Shown here: positions 9,984 through 19,257 of the stretch, piece after piece
How positions within the stretch are numbered: the stretch's first letter is position 1
Layout: each line of letters opens with the position of its first letter
From: Candidatus Eiseniibacteriota bacterium
GTDB lineage: Bacteria > Eisenbacteria > RBG-16-71-46 > JABDJR01
Assembly: GCA_963768615.1 (NCBI GenBank)
Contig: CAVYIE010000004.1
Coordinates: forward strand, 624,406 to 688,405
Reading direction: 5' to 3'
DNA: 64,000 bases
The notes under the pieces: generated by a model
The model's database searches: none
What the model was told of the DNA's origin: nothing
Seen by the model: only the letters and a program-made list of their open reading frames with translations
Program-made: the position numbers and the translations under genes

Positions 9984-10604
9984 TTACCCCGGCTCCCCCT
10001 CCACCGTGATCCGCGCCTGGCCGGCGGTGCGGTCGCGCAGCTCGCGCACGAAGGCCTCCACCTGCCGGAGCGGCACCGCGAACCGCTGCACCACCTGGGC
10101 CTCGTAGTCGGAGTCCGCCGGGGCCAGCCCCGCTGCGGCCACCGCGCCCTGGACCGCGCCGGAAAGCTCGTAGGGATAGGCCACGGTCACGGTTCGGGTC
10201 ACCACCACCGTCCGCACCGGGGCCCGCGCCAGGGCCTCGGCGGCCGCCCCCCCGTAGGCGCGGATGAGGCCCCCGACCCCGAGCTTCACCCCGCCGAAGT
10301 AGCGCACCACCACCACGGCCACGTCGGTCAACTCGTGCGCCTCGATCTGCTGCAGGATGGGCCGGCCGGCCGAGCCCGAGGGCTCGCCGTCGTCGCCGGA
10401 GCGGAACTCCGCGCCTTCGGGCCCCAGGCGCCAGGCCCAGCAGTGGTGGCGGGCGTCGGGATAGGCGATGCGGGCCTCGGCCACCAACGCCTCCCCCTCG
10501 GCCGCGCTCCCGCACGGGGCCACCCGGGCGATGAACCGCGACCCCTTGATCTTGGGCGGCTCGTGTTCCAGGGACCCGGCCAGGGTCCGGTAGCTCTCGC
10601 GCAT
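9984..10604 (-). CDS. yigZ: YigZ/IMPACT family protein
   Basis: KIKGSRFIA, ARHHCWAW, DDGEPSGSAGRPIL and VVRYFGGVKLGVGGLIRAY motifs. Confidence 0.93.
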   Translation of the reverse strand: MRESYRTLAGSLEHEPPKIKGSRFIARVAPCGSAAEGEALVAEARIAYPDARHHCWAWRLGPEGAEFRSGDDGEPSGSAGRPILQQIEAHELTDVAVVVVRYFGGVKLGVGGLIRAYGGAAAEALARAPVRTVVVTRTVTVAYPYELSGAVQGAVAAAGLAPADSDYEAQVVQRFAVPLRQVEAFVRELRDRTAGQARITVEGEPG

Positions 10605-10641
10605 GGTCTCCCCGCGGGCCGCCGGGCGCTCCCGCGAACGC

Positions 10642-11334
10642 CTACAGCGCCAGGTAGGTCCTCCGGTGGAAGAAGCTGTTCTCGTGCCCGATCAGGAACA
10701 GGGTGATCCAGTCCGCCTCGGTGATCAAGAGCCGGGCCGGCTTCACATCGGCGGGCACGTCGAACACCAGGTTGGTGACCACCGAGGCCCCCGGGACCAG
10801 GGGATGGTCCATCGGCCGGCCGGCCTCCCCGGCCCGGGCCAGGGCGGCGTTTGCGGCCGGGGACGTGCCGTGCCGGTGCCCGTGGGCGTCCACCACCCAC
10901 ACCTTCCGCGGGTTGGCCACCAGGGGCGCCCGGCCGCGTTCCGGCGAGATCGTGGCCGGGTCGAACCGGGTCCGCACCGAAACGACCAGAAAAGCCCCCT
11001 CAGGCTTCAACGGCCCCGCGCGTCCCACCAGCGTGTCGGGCGCGCTCACCGACTCCACCGAGTAGGCCAGGTGGCAGTCCACCTCGCAGAAGTACTTCTC
11101 GCCGCCCCGGGGGACGATCACGGTGCGGCTGGTGAGCGAGAAGGCGAACAGCGTCAGCAGGTAGGCCGCGGCCAGGCCGGCGCCGAAGATGAGCATCCAG
11201 GCGGCCATCCGGTGCCGGCGGGTGACGAAGAAGAAGAGGAAGAGGGCTCCCAGGACGACCAGGACCAGCCCGGCGCCCAGGAAGGCCAGGGCCGAGACCG
11301 CGGCGGGGACGGCCTGGAAGTTGGTGGCGGACAT
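10642..11334 (-). CDS. Membrane-anchored hypothetical protein with an extracytoplasmic Ig-like domain
   Basis: Two N-terminal transmembrane segments, then GEKYFCEVDCHLAYSV and a beta-rich C-terminus; GGAGG RBS before ATG 11334. Confidence 0.7.
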   Translation of the reverse strand: MSATNFQAVPAAVSALAFLGAGLVLVVLGALFLFFFVTRRHRMAAWMLIFGAGLAAAYLLTLFAFSLTSRTVIVPRGGEKYFCEVDCHLAYSVESVSAPDTLVGRAGPLKPEGAFLVVSVRTRFDPATISPERGRAPLVANPRKVWVVDAHGHRHGTSPAANAALARAGEAGRPMDHPLVPGASVVTNLVFDVPADVKPARLLITEADWITLFLIGHENSFFHRRTYLAL

Positions 11335-11571
11335 GGAACCTCCGTTCGGGCGGCGGATGCGCCCGGGGGAGTGTAGCCCGCCGGGGGCGCGGCATCGACC
11401 CGGAGCGGGGAAAAACCCGGTGCGGGGAGAAAGCCGGGGCCGCGCGGCCAGCCGCCGATGCCCACCGCACCGGCGGTTGATTCGCAACGACCCCGGCCGT
11501 GACGTCGATCCGCCGATCGAACGCGCCGCGATCCGCGGGCGGGGCCGGAGCGGCCGGCCCCGCGGCGGAGG

Positions 11572-13137
11572 CTACCGGAGGACGGTGATGCGGGTGGTGG
11601 CCCGCCCCCGGTCGGTGTCCAGGATCACGAAGTAGATTCCGCGGGCCACGCCGGCCGTGTTCCAGGTGGCGGTGTGCTCGCCGGCCGGGGCCGCACCCTC
11701 GGCCAGGATCGCCGTCCGGCGTCCCTGGACGTCGAACACGGTGATCCGGGCGGTGCCCGCCTCGGGCATCACGTAGCCCACCTGCTGCAGGGACTCGCCG
11801 GGCCGGGAAAGGGCGGTGAGCTCCGGCCGGGCCGAAGCGGCCTTGTTCTTCCCCTTGCCCGCGTCGGGCCGGCCCCGCATCCACACCGTGTCCGAGCCGG
11901 TGAGGGCGGTGCCGTCGAACAACGCGCCGGTGAGGGCCAGATCCACCACGTCCCCGGTCCCGGCCTCGCCGATCGCCGCCACCACCTGGTCGGCGGGGAA
12001 CTTGAGCACCAGGTCCTCGATCCCGTCCGGGCCGGAAGCGGCGCAGCGATCCTCACCGGGTCCGGTCACGTCTTCCCAGCTCCAGCGGAGCGCGGGCGCT
12101 CCGGCCAGGGCCAGCGAGGCCGGATCCACGGTGCGGACGTCGAAGTCCGCGGTGCCCACCACCGCCGCCGGCAGCACGCCCTTCTGGGCGAAGCTGAGCG
12201 GGTTGGGGCAGGAGCCGGGGAGCACGTCCAGGGTCACCGGGACCTCGGAGGGGCCCACCGCCTGCACCACCACGCCGTCCGGTTCGTAGGCCACCTCGAA
12301 GGTGAGCCCGGGCTCCTCGGGGAGATCGAGAATGCTGAACTGGCCGGTGTAGGACGCGGCGGTGAACACGGTGAACCGGTCGCCGTCCTGGGGCCGGTAG
12401 CCGTCGGCCAGGCGCACCCGCAGCGTTCCGGCCAGCATCACTCCCAGGGAGCCGTCGGCCACGGTCAGCCGGTCGTAGCCGGTGCCGGGATCGGGTCCGG
12501 CCAGGTCGATCTCCAGCACCCCCGAGGCGCGCTGGTCGTAGCCGGTGGCGCCGGCCGCGCCCAGGGTGAGCACGCCGGGGTCTCCGGCGGCTAGGCCGGG
12601 ACTCACCGTGCCCAGGTTCCGCAGCGTCTGGCCGCTCACCGCGCCGTCGCCGCGCAGCGTCCCGCCCCCCTCCACGGTGAAGCCGTAGCTCCCACCGGCG
12701 GTGCAGAGGAGGCCGGTTCCCGGGAAGAGGGTGAGGGTGCCGGCGGGCCCCACGGTATGGGGGGCGGGGCCGGTCACGGCGCCGCTCCGCAGGGTGAGGG
12801 AGGCGGGATAGCCCTGGGTGCCCACGGCCAGCACCGAGGCCAGCACCGGGGGCGCGTCCAGGTCCACCGCTCCCCGCGCCACCATCACGCCGGCCACCGG
12901 GCCCACCTGGGGCGCGAAGGTGGCGTCCACGGTATAGGACGCGTCGAGACCGAAGATGGCCACGTCCCAGAAGTAGGATGGATAGCCGGGAACGCTCCAG
13001 TTCCCGGACTGGTCCCACCGGCCTCCGGCGGGGTTGGTCCATTGATATCCGGCGGCGAAGGCCGGGGCGGCGGTCACCCATCCCAGCACCCCGACCACCA
13101 CCGCGGTGATGAGTTGTTTCCGGGGCAGCGCTTTCAT
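11572..13137 (-). CDS. Secreted protein: passenger-like beta-rich region, DVLPGSCPNP domain and C-terminal T9SS/FlgD-like sorting domain
   Basis: Signal peptide; GVLEIDLAG...YDRLTV...LAGTLRV motif; C-terminal ITVFDVQGRR...GEHTATWN...GIYFV. Confidence 0.8.
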   Translation of the reverse strand: MKALPRKQLITAVVVGVLGWVTAAPAFAAGYQWTNPAGGRWDQSGNWSVPGYPSYFWDVAIFGLDASYTVDATFAPQVGPVAGVMVARGAVDLDAPPVLASVLAVGTQGYPASLTLRSGAVTGPAPHTVGPAGTLTLFPGTGLLCTAGGSYGFTVEGGGTLRGDGAVSGQTLRNLGTVSPGLAAGDPGVLTLGAAGATGYDQRASGVLEIDLAGPDPGTGYDRLTVADGSLGVMLAGTLRVRLADGYRPQDGDRFTVFTAASYTGQFSILDLPEEPGLTFEVAYEPDGVVVQAVGPSEVPVTLDVLPGSCPNPLSFAQKGVLPAAVVGTADFDVRTVDPASLALAGAPALRWSWEDVTGPGEDRCAASGPDGIEDLVLKFPADQVVAAIGEAGTGDVVDLALTGALFDGTALTGSDTVWMRGRPDAGKGKNKAASARPELTALSRPGESLQQVGYVMPEAGTARITVFDVQGRRTAILAEGAAPAGEHTATWNTAGVARGIYFVILDTDRGRATTRITVLR

Positions 13138-13529
13138 GGCGGACTCCTTGCTCTTGCCGCTGCCGCGGTCCGGCGCCGACGATCGCCCTCGCAGAGCCGG
13201 TCGCGGCTACGGTCACCAGTTCATACTTCGGCATGGCATTCGAGAAATCTTTTCCCGGTGCGGGTTCACCACCCGGCTCGTGGGGTATAACTCCCGGCGT
13301 ATGCGGTACTTCCGGCGCCGCCGGCGTGGCCGGATGCGAACCGCGGTGCAGATTGCGGGAACCCCGGGGGGCGGTCGCGGTCCTGCACGGCTTCCGGCCG
13401 GCCTGGGCCAAACCGCCCGCCCCCCCGAGGCCGGTTTGCCCCCCCGGCCGGTGTCCGGCTACGGTGAAGGGAGCCCGGCGCGCGGCGGCGCCCCGGGGGG
13501 AAGGACCCGAAGCGCGCGGAGGACGGCCG

Positions 13530-14459
13530 GTGGCGGACTCATTCCGGGAACGGGGCGCGGCGGAGTGGCCCGGGGCCGAAGCGGAGCCGCTGGCCTACCC
13601 GGGCGCGCGCCCCGAGGGGAGCTTCCTGGTCCATGGGGGCCGCGTGCTCCTCCCCGCCCCCGGTGAGGAAGCCGGCTTCCTGACCGTCGGCGGACCGGTG
13701 GACCGGCGCCTGGCCGCGGCCGGCGCGGCGCCGCTCGCCGGGCGCATCGCGGTGCTGGCGGTGGGCTCCAACGCCTGCCCGGGGCGGCTGGTGGAGAAGT
13801 TCGGCGACGGCGGCGAGGCCGCCATCCCGGTGGCGGCGGGGCTCATGCCCGGGGTGGCCGCGGTCTACATGGCCGCGCTCGCTTCCTACGGCGCCGTTCC
13901 CGCCACCGCCTGGCCGGCCCCGGGCGGGGCCACCCGGCTCTGGATCACCCTGCTCGACCGCGAACAGCTCGAGCACATGAACGCCACCGAGAGCGTGGGA
14001 ACGAGCTACCGGCTGATCGCCCTGGAGGGCGTGTTCGAAACCGCCGGCGGCGCGCACCTGGCCCCGGTCTACGCCTACCGGGCCCCGGCGGCGCTGGAGC
14101 TGGACGGAGGCCCGGTCCGCCTGGCCGCCTTCGCCGCCGAGGGAAACGTGCCCGCGATCGCGCTCGACCAGCCCGCGGTCCTGGCCCGGGTGCTGGACCG
14201 GCTGGGGATCCTCCCCGGCCTGGAGATCGGGGAGCGGCACCGGCGCCTGGCCGCCGATCCGGATCTGCGGCGGGAGACCGCCGAACGCATGGCCCGGGAA
14301 CTGGGGCGCGCGGCGAACGACGAAAGGGAGGGACCGGCGGTCCCGTCCGCCATTCAACCCGCCCGGTGGACGGTTTCCCCGGGCCCACCCGGCCCGGCCC
14401 GGTCCGGTCCGGCCGCTCCGGACCGGCCCGGCCCGCCCGGAAGGAGTCGATGCACATGA
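13530..14459 (+). CDS. Conserved hypothetical protein, possibly gamma-glutamylcyclotransferase-like fold
   Basis: GGAGGA RBS plus GTG 13530; VLAVGSN, YGAVPAT and QLEHMNATE motifs; stop overlaps the next ATG (ATGA). Confidence 0.65.
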   Translation: MADSFRERGAAEWPGAEAEPLAYPGARPEGSFLVHGGRVLLPAPGEEAGFLTVGGPVDRRLAAAGAAPLAGRIAVLAVGSNACPGRLVEKFGDGGEAAIPVAAGLMPGVAAVYMAALASYGAVPATAWPAPGGATRLWITLLDREQLEHMNATESVGTSYRLIALEGVFETAGGAHLAPVYAYRAPAALELDGGPVRLAAFAAEGNVPAIALDQPAVLARVLDRLGILPGLEIGERHRRLAADPDLRRETAERMARELGRAANDEREGPAVPSAIQPARWTVSPGPPGPARSGPAAPDRPGPPGRSRCT

Positions 14460-15403
14460 GCGAGACCGCACTGGTCCTGGGGGCCACGGGAAGCTTCGGA
14501 GGAGGGGTGGCCGAGGAGCTGGCCTCCCGCGGCTGGCGGGTCCGAGCCCTGGCCCGGAGCCCTGAAAAGGGAAGGCGCCTCCATCCCCGGGCGTCCATCG
14601 ACTGGATCCAGGGCGACGTGCAGGACCCCGACGGGCTGCGGCGCGCGGCCGAGGGGGCCTCGGTGATCGTTCACGGCGTGAACTACCCCTACGACCGATG
14701 GGTGCCGCACATGGAGACGGCCACCGCCAACGTGGGGGCGGCGGCGGAGGAGAACGGGGCCCAGGTGATCTTCCCCGGCAACGTCTACAACCTGGGCGAC
14801 CAGACCGGGGTCCCCCTCACCGAGGAGGCACCGCAGCGGCCCAACACCCGCAAGGGGGCGGTCCGGGCCCGGCTGGAGGACTCGCTGGAGGAGCTTGCGC
14901 GGCGGGGGAAGGCCCGGGTGCTGGTGGTCCGGGCCGGCGACTACTACGGGCCCACGGTGCGGAACGGCCTGGTGGACCCGGTGTTCGGGAACGCGGCCCG
15001 GGGGAAGGCGCTCCAGGTGCTGGGCGACCCCGACATCCCCCACCAGTGGGCCTTCATCCCCGACCTGGCCCGGGCCGCGGTGGACCTCGCCGAGGCGCGG
15101 GAGCGCCCGGCCCCCTTCGAGGTGGTGCACTTCCGGGGCCACGTGGCCGATCCCCAGCGCGCGTTCCTGGAGCAGGTGGCGCGCACCGCGGGCCACCCCG
15201 GGCTCGGAGTTCGCGTCGTGCCCTGGTGGGTGATCCGGGGCATGGGCCTGTTCAACGGAGTGATGCGGGAGCTGATGGAGATGCGCTACCTCTTCGACGG
15301 CAGCGTGATCCTGGACGACGCCAAGCTCCGCCGGCTCCTCCCCGCCTACCGGGATACCCCGCCGGAGGAAACCATCGCCGCCACCGTGGAAAGCTATCGC
15401 TGA
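14456..15403 (+). CDS. NAD-dependent epimerase/dehydratase (extended SDR)
   Basis: VLGATGSFG Rossmann motif; PGNVYN, RKGAVR and RAGDYYGP motifs. Confidence 0.88.
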   Translation: MSETALVLGATGSFGGGVAEELASRGWRVRALARSPEKGRRLHPRASIDWIQGDVQDPDGLRRAAEGASVIVHGVNYPYDRWVPHMETATANVGAAAEENGAQVIFPGNVYNLGDQTGVPLTEEAPQRPNTRKGAVRARLEDSLEELARRGKARVLVVRAGDYYGPTVRNGLVDPVFGNAARGKALQVLGDPDIPHQWAFIPDLARAAVDLAEARERPAPFEVVHFRGHVADPQRAFLEQVARTAGHPGLGVRVVPWWVIRGMGLFNGVMRELMEMRYLFDGSVILDDAKLRRLLPAYRDTPPEETIAATVESYR

Positions 15404-15410
15404 GGACCCC

Positions 15411-16259
15411 GTGGACTTCGCCCTGCTGATCAACTTCGTCGTGGCCATGCTGGCCATCGTGAATCCGGTGAGCAAGGTCCCGGTGTGGCTGGAGATGGCC
15501 GGCGACGAGGACGCCCCGGTCCGCTGGCGCCTGGCGCTCCTGGTCTGCGCCACCTCCGCCGGGGTGCTGATCCTGTTCGCGGTGGGCGGGCGGCACATCC
15601 TGGAGCTCTTCCACGTGGACCTGGCCGCCTTCCGGGTGGCGGGCGGGATCCTCATCTTCATGCTCGCGGTGCAGATGATCCGGGGAGAGATGCGGGGCGG
15701 CATCCCCTCCCGGGAGAAGTCCGCCGACGGCCCCCTGTCCGAGGCCAAGCTCCGCTTCCGGGAGATCCTCACCCCGATGGTGGTGCCGATCCTGGTCGGC
15801 CCGGGGTCGATCACCACGGTGGTGGTCTACGCCAGCCGGGGCCGGGACTGGGGGGACGTGGCGGCCATGACCGCGGTGATCCTGGTGGTGTTCGCGGCCA
15901 TCGCGGTGTCCCTGATCTACGGCGGGGCCGTGCACCGGCTCCTGGGGGACCTGGGGCTGGAGGTCATGACCCGGCTCCTGGGCCTCATCCTGGCCGGCAT
16001 CGCCATGCAGTTCGTGCTGGAGGGGCTGGGCGAGGTCTTCCCGCGCTGGCTGGGGCCGCAGTCGCCCGTCCACCCGGATTCCACCAGGGCGGCGGCGGCC
16101 CTGGTGGCGGCGGCGATCACGATCCGGCCAGGAAGAACACGCTGTTCAGGAACATCCGGTTCAACCCGTACCAGAAGAGCCGGAAGTTCGGATCCTCCAC
16201 GTACATCACCACGTGGCCCCGCCCCCGGGGCTGGTCGACCAGGAAGGGCCGGTCGGTGA
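15411..16259 (+). CDS. marC: MarC family membrane protein (C-terminus may be over-extended)
   Basis: AIVNP, FRVAGGILIF, PMVVPILVGPGSITT and MTRLLGLIL motifs. Confidence 0.85.
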   Translation: MDFALLINFVVAMLAIVNPVSKVPVWLEMAGDEDAPVRWRLALLVCATSAGVLILFAVGGRHILELFHVDLAAFRVAGGILIFMLAVQMIRGEMRGGIPSREKSADGPLSEAKLRFREILTPMVVPILVGPGSITTVVVYASRGRDWGDVAAMTAVILVVFAAIAVSLIYGGAVHRLLGDLGLEVMTRLLGLILAGIAMQFVLEGLGEVFPRWLGPQSPVHPDSTRAAAALVAAAITIRPGRTRCSGTSGSTRTRRAGSSDPPRTSPRGPAPGAGRPGRAGR

Positions 16260-18756
16260 GCCGGTCCGCGGTCTCCGGCGAGGCGTAGCCCGACACCTTG
16301 GGCGAGCGGGTGAACCAGGCCACGTTGGTGCCGGGAGGCCCCAGCTCCAGGGCGCGGTCGGAGATCTTGAGCACCCGGGCCTCGCCGCTGTAGCCGAAGC
16401 CGAGGGGATGCTGGGGATCGACCCGGACCCGGAAGATCGTCCCGGGAAGCTCCTCCGTCCGGCGGCGCCGTTCGCGTTCGGCCGAGGTCTCGAGCTTCCG
16501 CTCCTTCTCCACCTTCTCCTTCTCCTCGTCGCTCATTCCGGCGTCGTCGTCGGGCGAGGGGGCCTCGGCCACGGTGGACAGGCCGGAAACGTCGGCGTCG
16601 GCGAAGAACCCCCCGCCCCCCAGCCCCACGAACACCCCGCCCTTGTCGATCCAGTGCCGGAGGGTGGCCACCCGGGCGCTGTCCAGGGCGGCCGCGTAGG
16701 CCCGGCCCCCCGCCTCGTCGTCGGGAAACACGAGCACGGTGTAGCGGGCCAGGGCGGATTCGGTGAGCTGGTCGAGGGGGATCACCGAGTAGGGGATTCC
16801 GTAGGCGCGGTCGAAGAGATACCAGCACGCCCCCAGGGAGGTGGGGGAGACGGGATCGTCGCCCACCACCGCCACCCGGGGGGGGCGCAGGTACTCCACC
16901 CGGAAGCTTCCCAGGTCCGGGCCCTGGTCGGTGAGACCGGTGTCCACCCCGATGATCTCGGCGCCGCTCTCCTCCGCCACCCCGGCCAGCAGGGTGTCCA
17001 GGTGCGCGGGGTTCCCGGCCCGGAACACGATGAGGGTGCCGGGGCCGTAGTCGCGTCCGGCCAGGGTGAAGGTGCGGGTGGCGTAGTGGAGGCGCACGTC
17101 GCGGTCCAGGAGCCGGGCGGCGGCGCGGGCGGCCCCGTTCCGTTCCCAGGGGATGAGATAGGCGTACCCGGCCTCGGGGTGGACCAGCCGGCCGGCCTGG
17201 GAGGGGGGGCGGGTGAGCCGCTCGCGGCCTCCCTCCACCGGCCCCTCGCTCCAGTAGGCCTCGATGCCGAAGGCGAGGGGGAGGGACCAGGCGCTGACGT
17301 CGTAGAAGAAGGTGTCGGGGAGCGCGGTCTCCGGCTCCAGGATGGCCTGCAGGAACCGGCTCAGGGGCTGGTCCAGCGGCACCACGTAGGTGCCGGTGGG
17401 AAGGGTGGTGGAGATGGGGGTGCCGTCGTAGGCGTGCACCCCCCGCGGGCGCACCGGCCCGGTGGCCCGGTAGACCTCCGCGCCGTGGGTCATCAGGAGC
17501 GAGATCATCTCCGCGGTGCGGGGTGGATCCTCCCCGGGCGGGAACAGGTAAGCCCCGGCCGGTCCGCCGTTTTCCGGCTCGAAGAAGCGGTGGAAGTCCA
17601 GGAGCCGGGACTCCCGGTTCTTCACCGCGGTGTCGAGGGTGGTGAGGGCGGCGGTGTAGTGGTGCTCGGCCCGCTCGGCCAGGGTCAGGGTGTCGCCGTC
17701 CGCGCGCAGCACCGAGGATCCGGCGAAGCCGTGGCCGGCCTGCTCGTAGGTCATCCCCACCGCGCCGTGGAAGGTGGGCCAGGAGTCGCCGTAGCCGGGG
17801 TAGTAGAGATCGAAGGCCTCGCCGGTGTAGTAGGCCCAGCCCCGGGCGTCGAAGGCGGCGGCGTTCCCGCGGCCGAAGATGGTGCTCCACTTCAGGACCT
17901 GGGAGGGGAAGTGGGGGTGGATGGGCCGCTCGGGGGGGAAGAAGAAGTAGGTGTCCCCGGCGTACATCTCGTGGAAGTCCACGTGGACCTGGGGATGCCA
18001 CTCGAGGTAGACCCGGGCCCGGGCCCGGGTCTCGCGCTGGGAGAGCCAGGCCCAGTCGCGGTTGAGATCGAAGAGGTAGTGGTTGTAGCGCCCGCCCGGC
18101 CAGGGCTGGTGGTGCTCCCGGGCCGGGGGAAGGGGATCGGGGGCCTCGCCCTGGACCCCGGTGAGCCAGTTCACGTACCGGTCGCGGCCGTCGGGGTTCA
18201 GGCAGGGATCGAGGAGCACCACCGAGCCGGAGAGAAGCTCCGCGGTCCCGGGATCGCGGGAGGCGGCCAGCCGGTAGGCCACCGCCATCGCCGCCTCGCT
18301 GCTCGAGGCCTCGTCCCCGTGGATGTTGAAGGAGAGCCACACCGCCACCGGGAGGTCCCGGGAGATTCCCCGGGCCTCGTCCTCGGAGGTCTCCCGGGGG
18401 TCGGCGAGGCGGGCGTAGGCGTCGCGAAGATCCTGCTCCCGGGACAGGTTGGCCGGGTCGGAGATGGTGAGGAGGAGGAGCGGGCGCCCCTCGTAGGTCT
18501 CCCCGTAGGTCCGTATCTCCACCCGCGGCGAGGCCCCGGCCAGCGCGGTCAGGTAATCCACCAGGCGATGATGGGGGGTGAACCGGGCGCCCAGGGGGTA
18601 GCCGAGGAAGGCCTCGGGGGAAGGCACGGCCGGATCCAGGTCTCCGCCCCCATAGAAGGGGACGGCGGCCCGGGCCGGGCTCCCGGCCAGGAGAAGGAGG
18701 AGGCAGAGGACGAGCGGGGTCCAGGCCGGCGGCGCGAGGCCGATGGAGCGGTTCAA
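16117..18756 (-). CDS. Secreted M14 zinc carboxypeptidase with C-terminal GATase-like domain
   Basis: Signal peptide; NIHGDE, NPDGR, DLNRDW and HVDFHEM motifs; TTG start after AAAGGA. Confidence 0.9.
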   Translation of the reverse strand: MNRSIGLAPPAWTPLVLCLLLLLAGSPARAAVPFYGGGDLDPAVPSPEAFLGYPLGARFTPHHRLVDYLTALAGASPRVEIRTYGETYEGRPLLLLTISDPANLSREQDLRDAYARLADPRETSEDEARGISRDLPVAVWLSFNIHGDEASSSEAAMAVAYRLAASRDPGTAELLSGSVVLLDPCLNPDGRDRYVNWLTGVQGEAPDPLPPAREHHQPWPGGRYNHYLFDLNRDWAWLSQRETRARARVYLEWHPQVHVDFHEMYAGDTYFFFPPERPIHPHFPSQVLKWSTIFGRGNAAAFDARGWAYYTGEAFDLYYPGYGDSWPTFHGAVGMTYEQAGHGFAGSSVLRADGDTLTLAERAEHHYTAALTTLDTAVKNRESRLLDFHRFFEPENGGPAGAYLFPPGEDPPRTAEMISLLMTHGAEVYRATGPVRPRGVHAYDGTPISTTLPTGTYVVPLDQPLSRFLQAILEPETALPDTFFYDVSAWSLPLAFGIEAYWSEGPVEGGRERLTRPPSQAGRLVHPEAGYAYLIPWERNGAARAAARLLDRDVRLHYATRTFTLAGRDYGPGTLIVFRAGNPAHLDTLLAGVAEESGAEIIGVDTGLTDQGPDLGSFRVEYLRPPRVAVVGDDPVSPTSLGACWYLFDRAYGIPYSVIPLDQLTESALARYTVLVFPDDEAGGRAYAAALDSARVATLRHWIDKGGVFVGLGGGGFFADADVSGLSTVAEAPSPDDDAGMSDEEKEKVEKERKLETSAERERRRRTEELPGTIFRVRVDPQHPLGFGYSGEARVLKISDRALELGPPGTNVAWFTRSPKVSGYASPETADRLTDRPFLVDQPRGRGHVVMYVEDPNFRLFWYGLNRMFLNSVFFLAGS

Positions 18757-19059
18757 GGTCGCGGCTTCCTTTCTCTCGGGGTCGGACCGGTGGGCGGCCA
18801 GAAGATACAGGATTCCCGCCCACCGGTCAGGGGGGAGGAAGCCGGGGCGGGGGTGGCGGAGGGAATCTGGGGACCAGCCCCACTGTCGACCCCCACGGGG
18901 TTTCCGGTGGTCAAGAGTGGCCGGGGTGGATCACTCATATCCTGCAATTACAGATATATCTAATCCTCAAGGGAGCGGGCTCGGTCAAGAAATCGTACCT
19001 GCACGTCCGTTGAGCACCCGGCTGGGGGCCGCTCCCGGGACCCCTTGCGGACGATCTGG

Positions 19060-19078
19060 ACAATCTGTAAAAGATTGT
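19060..19078. promoter_or_regulatory. Perfect inverted repeat, candidate operator upstream of the dcw promoter
   Basis: ACAATCT-gtaaa-AGATTGT in an AT-rich intergenic region. Confidence 0.5.
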
Positions 19079-19133
19079 GTATAAACGAATTGTGCGTTGT
19101 GAACAAGTTTGTCGCCAGCTCCGAGCTTTTGCG

Positions 19134-19162
19134 TTGACTCGCCCTTCCCCATCCGCTAATTT
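19134..19162 (+). promoter_or_regulatory. sigma70-type promoter of the dcw operon
   Basis: TTGACT-N17-TAATTT. Confidence 0.6.
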
Positions 19163-19179
19163 CCCGGTGGGAACGGACC

Positions 19180-19207
19180 CCAAGTTGTACCAAGTTTCAC
19201 CAAGTGG
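19180..19207 (+). promoter_or_regulatory. Three 10-bp-phased direct repeats, candidate MraZ-binding boxes
   Basis: CCAAGTTG (19180), CCAAGTTT (19190), CCAAGTGG (19200), between the promoter and mraZ. Confidence 0.7.
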
Positions 19208-19257
19208 AGGACCCTCCGCTTGGCCGACGGGCACCGGGGCCGTTCGGGGGTGCGACG

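Noticed and set aside
9870-9990. dif-like or integron attC-like site
   Set aside because: Only ATTTA and TT.TGC resemble dif, and the XerD arm does not match; GGGTAAC/GTTACCC does not fit RYYYAAC/GTTRRRY; no integrase nearby
14380-14440. Short CCGG(T/C)-rich repeats before the SDR gene and other GC repeats as CRISPR or REP elements
   Set aside because: No constant repeat-spacer periodicity; low-complexity coding or linker DNA
18760-19250. RNase P RNA or other housekeeping ncRNA upstream of mraZ
   Set aside because: No GAGGAAAGTCC or other hallmark motif seen on either strand
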